DNA of 53,036 nt, the filler included, from Sphacelaria rigidula (lineage: Eukaryota): assembly GCA_964200075.2 (NCBI GenBank). It is 3 parts of 3 records of this genome, joined end to end, with 100 filler letters (N's around TTAATTAATTAA, not from the genome) between each part and the next. Parts side by side here need not be neighbours in the genome. Positions count along the whole stretch, not along the records: positions 17,716 to 35,326 come from CAXNAA020001028.1; 2 more parts are not named here. One strand, given 5' to 3'. Both the position numbers and the translations under genes were made by a program. Below the pieces are notes generated by a model. That model did not search any database. It was given only the letters and a program-made list of their open reading frames with translations, and was not told the DNA's origin. Of this stretch, positions 22,611 to 34,490 are shown in pieces. How positions within the stretch are numbered: position 1 is the first letter of the stretch; each line of letters starts with the position of its first letter.

Positions 22611-23241
22611 CCGGGGAGAGATGGGTTGATTGATCTCGTAGACCACGGACTCATCCCGAGGAAGGGGAGGGGTTCAAAGTGCGACACATAAATAAATAAA
22701 TAAATGACTAATATATACCGTCAAATATGTCAGGAACCTCGAGTTTTTGAGCTACCTCTAGTACGAAGTGATTCGATACGAAGCGAGGTGGATACGAAAG
22801 CACTCGGCGTACTGACTGTATGACTCTCCCGAGAGTTCGACGACGATGTAGAATTTACTCTAGTAATCTGGGCAGTAGAGCTTACAGTTGGCCCTGTTAC
22901 CGGTTGCTTGAACTCGGTTTCACATATTTGCCTCAGCTGCACATGCGATGTACATGCAATCGCAGTACAAAAGAACGGCAGGCAAGAGAGGATTATCTGT
23001 ACAGAAAGTGCAATCCCACCATGAACGGCGGGGCGAGCAAGGAGGTGGGTAGGGATGGGTGGGTGGGCGGGGGCGGGGGGGGGGGGTTGGCGTGAACGCA
23101 CCCCACCCATGATCGATTGCGAGCTGATTGAAGAGGCACGAACTGCGGCTGTAGTTACAAAATAATGTGAAACCCTCGTGAAACCTTGTGATTGCGTCAT
23201 GCATGAGGTATGACAGAAAACACTAGACAGAAGACCCTCAC

Positions 23242-23326
23242 CTGCCCAGGTGAGGACGAATGCCGAGCAAATCGCTACCGCCATGACCATCCCATGGCCG
23301 CGTGAAAGCTCGATAGTCATACCCAT
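23242..23326 (-). CDS. MGST3: First exon of a MAPEG-family microsomal glutathione S-transferase 3-like gene (possibly a pseudogene)
   Basis: MGMTIELSRGHGMVMAVAICSAFVLTWA-G resembles the MGST3 N-terminus/TM1 (LSKEYGFVLL...). ATG start and strong CAG|GTGAGG donor. The later CxQRxHQNxLE exon was not found. Confidence 0.55.
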
Positions 23327-23559
23327 CTTTAGGTTCTGTCCTTGTCGTGCTCAGATATCTCTGCTTGATGTTTTCTGCAGACAAAAGCGATGCTGTTGAC
23401 TGATTACTAATGTACCCCTACTGTTACAGCAGTGGAACGGTGGCGTGTGGAAGTACTTGACTGGACCAGGCTCGGCAGTGGGTAAGGGACAGGGTGGGGC
23501 TTTACATAAAGTGGCTCTATTCCAGCGGGCAGTTAACGGCGGGGAAAAAAAATAATTAA

Positions 23560-23625
23560 CCCTCCAGACGGCGAAAGGGGTAGGTCATCTCTTGGATTGG
23601 CATCAATTTCACTTGAAAAAAGAGC
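23560..23625. mobile_element. Partial family P MITE
   Basis: TTAA-CCCTCCAGACGGCGA...GGGTAGGTCATCT...GGCATCAATTTCACTTGAAAAAA. Confidence 0.6.
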
Positions 23626-24836
23626 ACAATATAGTTGGTGGCTGAATTGGTTGATGAACATCCGAAGGGGCGGTTGTAGACACGTGGAAGACTTGTGGAC
23701 TACCCTGGTACTCACATATTGTGTTTTCAAAAAACATGAATGGTTTTGTCATTTCTTGCACCGGTCTCCGGAATACCTGTGTGTTCAATCTTGGTGAAGT
23801 TACACGACCGGGGATTTTTCCCACATAAGGTCCAACAGTCGTGGAGAGCGACTAATATGTCGTGGGTACACCAAACTTGGCTTCACTGTCGAGGAGAAAA
23901 AGGGACCGCTGAGACCGTCTGGCGATAACAGTAAGGCAAGCTTCGGCGAAGGAAGGCGACGTACTAAAGTAATAATGCAAAAAAAAAGAGAAGACACTCC
24001 TGTGTTTCCAAGTGTTTCAGGAGTATACTGAAGTACACTCGTAGCCTTCCTCCTGTGTTATCTTCGCTGATACCCCACATATATATTTATCGAAGCAAAG
24101 GGTTACAACAAGCTAGCTGCTAGCTCGTCACAACCCTTTGTATTGAACGGTGCAGACGGGTCTCCAGAGTAGATGTGATGACAGCAAACACGTCGTTGAT
24201 GGCAACAATAGCATTGCAGACGGCTGCGACTGGTACCAACGGCGATCGCGCGATTCTGATCTGTCGCCAAAAAAAGGATAGTAGATAGTGCAACTACTAC
24301 TGGCTTATTCTCATCACACGTCACCCGACGTCATGTGATCATACAAAAACGCGGGCTGATTATTTGTAGCTCGTGCACCTGTCTGTTGTCTGTATCCGCA
24401 CACTGCTGTACTGGACATAACATCGTGGCATAATCAACGCTGTCACTGCAGCTCGGGACCTAGGGAGCTCATGGGCCAGGGTTGTTCAAGAACAGCTGAT
24501 ATAGACGTGGCAGGGAAAGTTTCAACCCTTGAAAAGGCGCCGACTTCTTCAGCCCTCAGGTGTCAGTGGAGTATTGCCAATCTAACGTTGATGTTGTACT
24601 GGTGATTTCGAGGCTAGTTTACTACTGTTGGGTTACTCTTTAAAAACGTATACACCATTTGAACGGTCAGCTCCATTTGTACAGTAGTAGTACAATGTGA
24701 CCGCCTCCTGAGTAAGTAGTAGAGGGAGGAGGTAGGTGGCATTGTGCCTGGGCCCACTGTACTGGTAAGACAAACATAGAGTCGATTCTATATAAGACGG
24801 CTGCCGTTCCGCCCCTACACCGGAACGGTCAACCAA

Positions 24837-24938
24837 CCCTTCGACAGAGAAAATATGGGTCATCTGTTGAATCCGCATCGATTTCACTTGAAAAAAGTAT
24901 GCTTGATCCAAATGGGCTATACCCTCGTGGCGAAGGGG
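24837..24938. mobile_element. Family P MITE copy (reverse)
   Basis: CCCTTCGAC...GGTCATCTGTTGAATCCGCATCGATTTCACTTGAAAAAAGTATGCTTGATCCAAATGG...GAAGGGG-TTAA. Confidence 0.7.
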
Positions 24939-26439
24939 TTAAAGTTGCCAATGCATGCGTTTGTGAAGGGGTATGTGCATTCAAACGGGGTACGACGTGC
25001 GTAGAGCGCGTAGTGTTACATTCCATTATCGTCAGCTGTCAGACATAGGGTTGTACGGTATTAACTACTTACTGTTTTACGACGAAGTTCTTGGTTGGAC
25101 CGAACGAAAGGTCAACGGCGACAACCATGACAGTGGGGGTATACCTTGAACTGTCGGATCCGAATACAGTACTTCGACTGCACAGTCAGGGGATCGCGAA
25201 AGCTTGCGACTGCTTTCTATACAGTTATCTGTGTTGTACAGCAGCAGTACCGTAATGTACTGTACTCATGCACTATCTCAGCGCATGCGATACCATGATG
25301 CGCGTGCGCTCTGGCCGCCTTACCGTTCGCGGAGAATTGAAAATTCATGTACGTTGGTCCGTCGAAGATATCTCAATTATGGTCTGAAGACATAACTTAT
25401 GCTACGTGTGTAAAGGTGGGAGGATAATCCGGGTTCCCAGTTTTCAAATGAAAATATAACTTATGGTTGTTCCTCAACCGATGACACACAAAATTTAACG
25501 CGTTGGGTTATAGCACGAGTATGACTCGTGGCACTCATACTCGTTGAGCTGCTCGTTGCCGTGAGAATGAACCCTTTGGGAACCCATTGGCGACCTTTGT
25601 TTTTGTAAATCGGCATACGAGCTGGGCCAGCCTGGAGGCGGATTTGAGGTTTGCAGGCGAATGCGTCGGGCAATATTTGGAGTTAGTTGGAGCGTAAATT
25701 TGGTATGGACAGACAATGCATAGGGCATACAAAAATATATATTGCGAGTGTACAACTTGTTTTTTGTTTTTTTTCATGAGCTGAGGGCATTTTACTGATG
25801 CATGAAAACTGATTATTGCCCTTAACTCTGAAAAAATAAAAACCTAATGGTACCCTCGTAATATATATTTTCATGCTCTATACATTGTCCATACCAAATT
25901 TTCCACTCTCCAACTCTAAATATTTTCCAACGCATTCGCCTTTTAAAAACCGGGTCGGCATAAATTCGGAACAGTATTTCCCAGGCACTCACCGGCCAAC
26001 GTTTGGTTTTTGTATATCGAAATTTTGGGTGGGCCCTCGCTAAGGTATAAGTAACAAAACAAAGTGGGTAAGGATGATTTGTTTTATTTTTTTCACTGGT
26101 TTAGGGCGGTCTAGTATGAAGACCTCGACAACGCCCTAACCTCTATGAAAAAAATGGAGGCCCATTTTTTTTTTCTTCTTTTGGCACACCTTTGTGGTTC
26201 TCCATGCTAAGTTTCGAATCACAATTTTGAAATTGAGCTAAAAATTGAGACAAAGCCTGAGAGCAATGTTCATTTCTCCTCAAACCTCCACTAAAAATAA
26301 AAATAAAATGAAAAAAAGATGAGAAAATATAAAAGCGTTTTTTCTATATAAATCATGCACCAGTGGTTCTCCATAAATACGTAATTTCATAGCACAACTC
26401 TCAAAAATTGAGACGCGATATCCAGATTTAGGGCATCTA

Positions 26440-27159
26440 CAGTAGTGGGCGGTCCAACTATTCAGGGGTGTTTTGGGGGTTTTCTCGGGTACTACTTTTC
26501 GATAGAACTCCAAATCGCTATTTTTTTTCCAGGACACGTAGGCCCCAAGATCGAAAAATCGAGTTTTTGAGGGGGGGGGGGGACACCCAGCCGTGTGTCC
26601 GCTGTTTTTTTGCCGAAGCGTTGGCGGATGCGGTCAGCTGCCGTAGACAGTAGAGATCCTTATATAAATTGTATTTCATATATCGTAGCGTCGGTAGATT
26701 TTGGCCCAATGAACAGATCACCCTCGAAATTTAGTGCCCAAGTCAGTGTTAGTTGGTGTTATCGAGCGATACGAGTAAATACCCCCGTTTATCAGGAGGG
26801 TGTAATCGACCGTGAAACACAGTTTTTCGGCTCTAGTGCAATGAGGAGGGAGAGTTTGAAAAAAATAAAACTGTACATCTCTTCACAAATATGATCGGGA
26901 CAGGCTCGATTGACTGAAAATACCGACGACTAATAATCTGGGCTGAAACGTAGCAGGGCCCCCGATGACCGGTCAGCCTGTAAGTCACGCAATATTTAGG
27001 ACATGCAATATTTTTCTTGGGATGTGGAGCGGATACAAATATCTTCATTCAGATTCCAAATGTGATGAGCGGTGGCAAGCGAAACGAGCCCAAAAAAATC
27101 ACCAATTACGAAGAAATCACAAAATCCCACAAAATGAATAGTTAGACCGCCCACTACTG
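26440..27159. mobile_element. Tc1/mariner-like non-autonomous element (family M)
   Basis: 24-bp TIR CAGTAGTGGGCGGTCCAACTATTC / GAATAGTTAGACCGCCCACTACTG with a TA TSD on both sides. Interior shared with 28690-29437. Confidence 0.85.
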
Positions 27160-27378
27160 TAGTGCCCCCGCTCGTAATACATTGGTTTTTGTATGAAACC
27201 TCATGTGTGCCATATTTCGAGATAGATCACGAAGTAGGTGAAGGTACGGGTATCTATCGTCTCCCCTTGCTCCAGGGAAGGTCCACACCTAAAATCGACG
27301 TCATCTGCTGAATGTATCGTTCGGGGTTTCACCTAGACTTTGGTATGGAACCCATCTCCGCACGGGATAGGAATTTCT

Positions 27379-27545
27379 AGACACGGGGTTTGATCAACGA
27401 GAAATGGTCGGTCAGAATTCCAGCACATGGGCATCCTTTCCTTGATTAGACGATCAATACTATATGTGGATCACGGCCCAACTCGTCTGTGTCGATGAGA
27501 TGTGGTTTGGAGAGCTTAAATCCGTTTTTCGGTTGGCCCAGCTCG
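27379..27545. repeat. Second copy of the 17769-17945 repeat
   Basis: Direct sequence similarity. Confidence 0.75.
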
Positions 27546-27639
27546 TATCATTTTGACTTGAAAATGAGTGAAAAAGGGAAAAGGGCGGGTGCTCGAGACT
27601 ATGTTGTCGTGAGCACACAGGATTCTACTCAGCGGTCCA

Positions 27640-27997
27640 CGAGGAGAAGGGAGCGCTGAACCCCTCTCGGGATAAAAATAAAGGCAAACCGCTGCGACCC
27701 GGTGGTGTAATGGTCCGACTGACGCCATTAGGGTGGAGAGAACGAGGGGTCAATTCTCGATGCGTTGGTTTTTTTTTTCGTAATGTATGACTTCCACCGT
27801 GGGAAGCGTGAGAACGTGAGTAAACAGAGTAGTCGACTGGATTTGTGTGACGTGAGTTGACGCGGTGCGGGAATGCTGACCCAATCCGCGAGTCCACAAT
27901 GAAAGGCGCGTGTTGACGTTCCTCCTACGTGACCTCCGCTGGTGCGCCCACATACTTATACCGAAAGGTGTAGACCGGCGTCCGGAATAGACGGGAC

Positions 27998-28030
<33 letters not shown>
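27640..28030 (+). mobile_element. SINE A copy with (CA)n tail, interrupted by a SINE B copy (27698-27912)
   Basis: CGAGGAGAAGGGAGCGCTGAACCCCTCTCG before the insert. GCTGGTGCGCCCACATAC...GGCGTCCGGAATAGACGGGACG-(CA)n after it. Confidence 0.7.
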
Positions 28031-28032
<2 letters not shown>

Positions 28033-28044
28033 TAGCTTTGGTCG

Positions 28045-28190
28045 TTGTGGAAAAAATTACTAGGGCGAGCACTCGAGTCGGTGCTCTTTGTGGAAAAATT
28101 ACTACTCGTAGGGCGAGCACTCGAGTCATGCTCTTCGTGGAAAGAATTAGTAGGGCGAGCACTCGAGTCATTGCTCGTTGTGGAAAAACT
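28045..28190. repeat. Three ~45-bp tandem units containing TAGGGCGAGCACTCGAGTC
   Basis: Units at ~28061, ~28109 and ~28151, each followed by GCTC..(T)GTGGAAA. Confidence 0.8.
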
Positions 28191-28409
28191 TGGAGCAATG
28201 GCCTAGGAAACGTATACCTTCTCATTTTTACCCAAGAAAGGTACGAAAAATAGCCAGAATTGCGAAAACAGCAAAACACGTCATTTTGACCGTTTTCACT
28301 CCGAATTTTTCACGCACATCACTCGGGTGGGCCGTTGGCACCCGGGCCTCGAAAAAAACGGGGAAAAAAAACATGTTACTCGCGAGTAGAAGTGAGCACC
28401 TGTAAGAAA

Positions 28410-28595
28410 AAAACGGTTATAACCGGTTCTTGGAAACCCCAATAGGCGTTTACTGGTTACGGTTCTGGAGTAAAAAACCTCCGTTTTTTTACCCGGTTAA
28501 ACCGGTTCACCGGAAAACCGGCAAAACCGGCAAAAGGAGGCCTTATTATGTCTGTTAAACCGGTTTCCCGGTGAACCGGTGTAATCGGTTCAATC
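28410..28595. repeat. AACCGGTT-motif-rich repeat, inverted counterpart at 29730-29850
   Basis: Multiple AACCGG/CCGGTT motifs; AACCGGTTTCCCGGTGAACC occurs in both regions. Confidence 0.6.
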
Positions 28596-28689
28596 GCGAA
28601 GTTTAAAGTTGATGAATGACATGACCTCTGCTCCCCCCTCGTATTGTTGGGCATTGGGTTGCAAAGGCGGGCGGGGTGTGGGGTGCATA

Positions 28690-29437
28690 CAGTGCTGGGC
28701 GCCTGAACAGTTCAGCTTTTTTTGTTTTTTTCAAAGTTAGTGTTAGTTGGTGTTATCGGGCGATAGGAGAAGATACCCCGTTTATCAGGAGGGTTTTATT
28801 GACCGTGAAATACAGCTTGTCGGCTCAAGTGCAATGAGTAGAACAATGTTTTCGTGAGGGAGAGTGAGAGTAGAGGATACGATTGACAGTGAAAAGCGGT
28901 CAATTAGTGAATTAATCGTTTCAAATCCGAGATCCCCTTCCACGAGGCCCAACATGCTCTCTGTAGCACCTTGCCATTGAAGCCCTCGATATCCCCGAGT
29001 AGGATACCGACGTGTAGCTGCGAGCACACGCCAGAGATAGAGGCTAAGAAAAGCACACACCGGATGAAAAATTAGCCGAGTGAAAGCAAATGATCAAAGC
29101 CACTCTCAATCAGCGCTCTACTCACCAAAACGTTGTCGTAGGTGGAATTTCAAAAGAATAAGCCAGTATATTTTTTCACAAATACGATCGGGACAGTCTC
29201 GATCGACCGAGAATACCGAAGAGTTAGAATCTGGGCTGAAAAGTGGCAGAACCCCCGATGACCGGTAAGCCCGTACATCGCTCAATATTGAGTACAGACG
29301 ATTTTTTCCCTTGGAATGTGGAGTGGATACGAATATATTTAGATCCCCAATGTGATGAGCGGTGGCAAGCGGAAGAGCTGAGGAGAGTGCCAATTACGAA
29401 GAAAGTACAAAATGAACAGTTCAGGCGCCCACTATTG
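28690..29437. mobile_element. Family M-related Tc1/mariner-like non-autonomous element
   Basis: TIR CAGTGCTGGGCGCCTGAACAGTTCA / TGAACAGTTCAGGCGCCCACTATTG, left TA. Interior matches 26748-27130 and fragments at ~36590-36690, ~39715-39800 and 48400-48700. Confidence 0.75.
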
Positions 29438-30584
29438 CAGTTTTTCCCTTCGACACCCTGTGTTGGCTAGAGTGAGGTGCCAGATTTGAACAGCAGCTGT
29501 TCAAGTAGTCACTAACACATTTCTTATCACGCATTGAAATCGTTGTCACCAGCCACGGTGCTGTAAGTGCGACAGGTATTGCACGGGTGCGGAGGTGTGA
29601 GATTGACCCTTGCCGTCACCGGCAATTGGTATGTTTGAGCGTATCCATCACCCACCACACACGAAACACACGAGAACGACGCCTGATTCACCTTCGCTTC
29701 AACGATTTGGAGGTGTTTTTCCTTGCTCATCAGGTTGAACCGGTTTCCCGGTGAACCTGTTAAACCTGCTGAAAACCCCCGAATAAACCGGTTTTTTGTT
29801 TTTGAGAAAAACGCCTCTTATCCTGTAACCGGTTTTTGGTTTTTGGTATCCGGTGCCCACTTCTACTCGCGAGATTTGGCCACGCGAAAACGGACGTCTC
29901 GCATCCAGGAACCGCTTGCCTTTTCCAGGCCAAATTTCGCCCAGGTATACCTGATATAGGAATTCTTTTTTTAATCGTATCTTATCCGGGCCACCGATTG
30001 GCCGAGAACGTACCTGTACTAGGCCATCGCTCTCTACAATGTACCTGATGCGGCACATCGCGCCCACACATTCGGCTCTTTTTCCGCTCACTTGCCGTTC
30101 ACGGACGCCACAACGACCATACCCCTTTCTCCCGAGAAATGGTTCCCGGGTCTCTCCGCATTGACGCAATAACTGGAGTCACAACTCACAGCGCGTCGAT
30201 CTTTTGTGATCCCGGGGTTTGTGGAACACCGTACCGTTGTGATCTCGGGGGTGATGACAGGGTCAAGCTAGGCTCTTCCGCACCAACGGGCGGTTGTCGC
30301 ATCATCGATGCTTGGTTCAAGCAACGGATACAGTACTGGCCGTCAGGCATATAGAAATAGGGGCAGAACAGTAAAAGCATCAAAATCAGTGCGGGTCTCC
30401 AAATTCACGTAGCACTGCGATCCGACAAGGTATAATCAAACGGAATAACAAAGTGTACAGTAATGCTGCATTTCTTTGTGGCTTTCAGTCATTCACGCAT
30501 CTTCTGCGGACAGGATCCCGAACTTCTCGCTGGCCGTTGGTGATTGCTATGCACCGTCCCAATAAACGCGATGTGTGTGTTAAC

Positions 30585-30961
30585 TACGGCTCGGAAATGG
30601 TTTGTCTAACCATTAACCTGTTGAATGGTTGTGCACTCATTAACCGGTTGAATGGTACATTATTGTTTGGTCATCGAGCGGCGCAGCCGCGAGCCAAAAA
30701 GCCTCCGCCGGAGGGCCTCGCTGGAGGCGCCGTGCCGGAGGCACGTTTTACGCGATTTGGCTTCACGAGAGCTAAAAATACATCAAGTTTGAGCCGATTT
30801 TCAAGGGCTGCATGTAACATACGTAGCCGGTAACGGCTTAAAGAGCCGGTAGCAGTAAATAATGGTTCGAAACCATTATCCAAAATTTTCGTATAGCTAT
30901 TACCATAATCACCATTATAATGATGATGGCCAGTTAAAACTGGTACCATTCCCGAGCTCTG
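30585..30961. mobile_element. hAT-like MITE (family H, copy 1)
   Basis: TIR ...GCTCGGAAATGGT / ACCATTCCCGAGCTCTG, 8-bp TSD GTGTTAAC/GTGTTGAC. Second copy at 40942-41330. Confidence 0.8.
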
Positions 30962-30968
30962 GTGTTGA

Positions 30969-31146
30969 CCCTTAGACCGCGAGGGTAGTCCATCTGGATC
31001 ATGCATACTTTTTTCAAGTGAAGTTGATGCCGATTGAACAGATCATCCCTTGGACCGCGATGCGGGTAGTCCATCTGGATCACAATACTGTTTTAAAGTG
31101 AAATTAATGTCGATTCAGCAGGTGATCTACAGTCGCGGTCAAAGGG
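30969..31146. mobile_element. Family P MITE with internal tandem duplication
   Basis: CCCTTAGACCGCGAGGGTAGTCCATCTGGATCA-type start occurs twice, ending GGTCAAAGGG-TTAA. Confidence 0.75.
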
Positions 31147-31150
31147 TTAA

Positions 31151-31450
31151 CTGGCTTTGGGCTACAAATGTTCACGGTTGATATTACTCGATTTGAGTGT
31201 GTACAACGAGAATCGAATCTTAAGTAGGGCTGACAGCCCCGTGTGCTCCTCGCGTGCGCAAAACGCGTTTTCGTTGAAATCGGCGCCACAGGCGCCGATT
31301 CGGGATCTACCAAGGCCGCACTTTGCCAAGGGAATGCTATGTACCGCCCTTGCCCGAGGGTTCTCGGTATGCGTTCGGTTGGGGTCAGGGTTACGAGTAG
31401 TGATACTTGTAAAATTGTGTCAACTATGGACATTTGTAGCCCAACGCCGG
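31151..31450. mobile_element. 300-bp TTAA-flanked MITE with a telomere-like GGGGTCAGGGTTA motif
   Basis: TTAA on both sides, TIR TTGGGCTACAAATGTTCACGGTTGA / TCAACTATGGACATTTGTAGCCCAA. Interior similar to the reverse of 42845-43035. Confidence 0.75.
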
Positions 31451-31454
31451 TTAA

Positions 31455-31554
31455 CCTTTAGACCGCGATGCGGGTAGTTAACATGGACCACACACACTTT
31501 TCCCAGTGAAATTGATGGCGATTCCGCAGACGACCTACCCTCGCGGTCGAAGGG
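31455..31554. mobile_element. Family P MITE copy
   Basis: TTAA-CCTTTAGACCGCGA...GACCTACCCTCGCGGTCGAAGGG. Confidence 0.75.
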
Positions 31555-32499
31555 TGAACTCGCCTCGTTCCGCGAGTGTTTCCGTTGCGCGCATGTTACT
31601 CTGTACTGTAGTGCTAAACTTTATTACTGTTCCGTCCCTATTTTCATATGCGTGACGGCCAGCACGTGGATGATGCCTTATGTATCGCTTGGTGGAGGCA
31701 GTGATCATATCTCTACACGTTGACACCCTTCGAAAGCACAGGGTGGGCGGGTAGGGAAACGATGAGACCCCTCCCAGAATGCTCACGGTACAAAGTACAG
31801 TGTTCCGGCTGTACCACCTTCAACACTCGCACTACCTGCAATCGAACAGTGAGCTGGCTGGATGTGCAGGCCGCCGTTCTGCATGCCTGCTACTACGTCC
31901 GCCTACCACTCTCTCCGCGTGTTAAATTACAATCGCTTCGATGTTCGGTATCAGAGATACGGACGTTCCAAGCCCTGAGCCTTTCGGGTTCTGTTCGGTG
32001 TTCGTCATCTCACATGTATCATGATTAATATGTGAATCAACTTAATTCAATTATGCGATTGGAAATTCTTTCGCTCCCACTAAACAAGTATTCCCTCGAT
32101 TGGTAATATTCCGCTTTGTACTCGGCTTTCGAATTTGTGCATTAATAAAAGCCCTGTGCACAGGGCAGGTGTGGGGGGAAGGAGCATTTCCCCCCAAATG
32201 CCAGCCACCCCAAATGTAAGTGCTCACGAAGAAAAAGTGACAACCCCAACTGGCAGTACCCTAGGTCCCTGCCAGCCACCAAATCACAATGCCGGTTTTT
32301 TCTGAGTACTCACATCCTCTGCGAATCTATATTTTCCCATCAATTTGATTATCTCCATACCTCCAATACACATATTCACATATTCGCTCCGCCTGTATAT
32401 TCCATAGTTTATCTTCTCTCACACAATACATGCATGTATGTCAATCATTTTACAGACCGTTCCAACAAGTCCCTTCTCCCGGTTGCTCCCGCCTCCCGA

Positions 32500-34490
32500 T
32501 CGATTCCTTTTCTATGGCGCTAGACGCCCTCTTTTTTGATTGATTGATTGATTGTCGCACTTTAACTTCGTTGCACTCTCATAACTTTTCTCACGTACGT
32601 CTTATGGACATCCGACTTCCACCTTCCTTCGTTCTGCAATATGTCAGGCAATATTCCTCCGGCTGAATGTTGAGTAGCCTCGCCAATACCTAGAGATTGC
32701 AACGCCTATTCACACGGGTTTGTTCCCGCCGCCGCTACCAACGTTCGTAATGCTTTGGTGGCTTGACACTTGGTCCACCAACCGAGCACCCCATCGCCCC
32801 GTAAATACGTCATTGACGGTGAATCTACGGGCAAAGTCCTGAAACAAGACAACAACTCCACCACAACATCTACCGTTCCCGGTACTGGAGAACCCTTATT
32901 ATCCCTATTCTGAATGATGGAACTTCTTGTACGTGTAACGATCGCCCGCCGTCTCATCTGGTCACCTTTGGACGCGCGACAGCGTACCTCAACGCAATTA
33001 GCCAAAAACCAAAACGGCTCCAGTTGCCGCTACTTATGTAATAATGCTACATCCTTCCCACGCGAGCAATATTCACGATGTACGCGATGTTTGTTCTCAG
33101 CAAACATTTCGGATGCGCGGGTTAGGAAGAAATGTGACATTCCGAGATCTAAAATAATACCCGACCCCCAGATCCTCATTACGAAATCAGCTATGCATAA
33201 CGTCATCCAAGATATTGGCCGCAGCACTCGCGGTTGGTTCCCGACGTCGGCGTGACTACGCTCGACCCCTTTTAACTTTCCTTGGTTTGAGCGAAATCTG
33301 GTGGAAATACTCAAGAGCTGCCAAATGATTCCCAATTGTTGCTGCTTGTAACCCGTGTAGGCTAAGCAGGCGTAAGACACGTGAGATAGAATCACGTTCA
33401 CATAATCCATTGCATTTTTCCTTGAGGCAAAAAAAAATCCGGGCTGTTCATGTCGCGCCGGAAGCGAATGAATGACCCAAGATATTCTTGGTAAGTCTGC
33501 TCAGACGTTCGCGCAATGGATCGCTTGGCGAACTCGAATCCAAAATGTTGGGAAAACTCTGGTTTCCCGGGTCTCCTATCACCTGTTCATGCCACGGGAC
33601 ATCGGGACGCAACGCAATCAAATTGGTGGTGACAGAATGTCGTGGTCACCTCAAAATAACATCTGCTGCATTGTCAGTACACCTGAGGCATGTTTGGCGT
33701 CGAAATACCATCCACTGACAATTGGAGAACCCCTGAATACCGCATCAACGCCCCTGCCCGTGGTTTCTTACCTCGCCCGACACTTTTCAATCAATTGTAC
33801 GGCGGACTTGTTCTGACACTTTCTACGATAGTACCCCCCCAAAACCAGCCAAAAAGTGTCACGAATAAAAGGACGTACAGCTCCTGATGCTTGGGTTCAG
33901 GCTGCATGAAGCGCCTCATATGGATAACATTGGCGAGAACGAACCCAAGCACGGGAATTCCCTGCTGCTCGTTGTGCTCGGCGTTTTCCACTTCGGTTTA
34001 CGCAAAAAAAATGCCTCCCCAAACCAGGCACCCTTCGGTACCGCCCGATTTTTCTTGAAGGCGTACCACCATCATCCACGCAGACACGACCATTCCCAGC
34101 AATTCAAGCACATTCACGGGAATGTCGTTCTCGTGATGAATTCGGTGACCGCGAATTCGGGTCCGTTGGTCTAGCGTCAGATCATATTGCCACCATATGC
34201 CGGTTTCTGAAGAAAAACCACGAAGAGCCAATGCAGATTCATCGGCAAACCACGAGCGCGCTGACATCCGCTCCAACATATCGTATGCATGGTCAAACAT
34301 TTGACCACCGAGGAGGGATAGGCCGTCCGAGGCTAGCCACCTCCGACAAATCCATATCACCGTGGAATTCCGCGCCGAGTCCCACACGCCGGTTGCGGTC
34401 TGCTGAACGCACGGCAAACTTCAGATACCACCAGCTCTCAGAACCGTGCAAACTCCACACAACTCATTCTCAGCTACCACCGTAACCCTG
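32500..34490 (-). mobile_element. Decayed tyrosine-recombinase retrotransposon (DIRS/Ngaro-like): RNase H plus YR relics
   Basis: 33998-34300 gives WFADESALALRGFSSETGIWWQYDL...PVNVLELLGMVVSAW, a DIRS-type RNase H pattern. 32590-32780 gives E*ALQSLGIGEATQHSAGG...QNEGRWKSDVHKTYVR, a degenerate HSLRIGGAT...GRWxS..Y recombinase motif. Multiple stops. Confidence 0.8.

Noticed and set aside
29527-30350. Minus-strand exon-like blocks (GTACGT donor at ~30012)
   Set aside because: Stops occur in the plausible frames and no family is recognisable; at most an unassignable relic.
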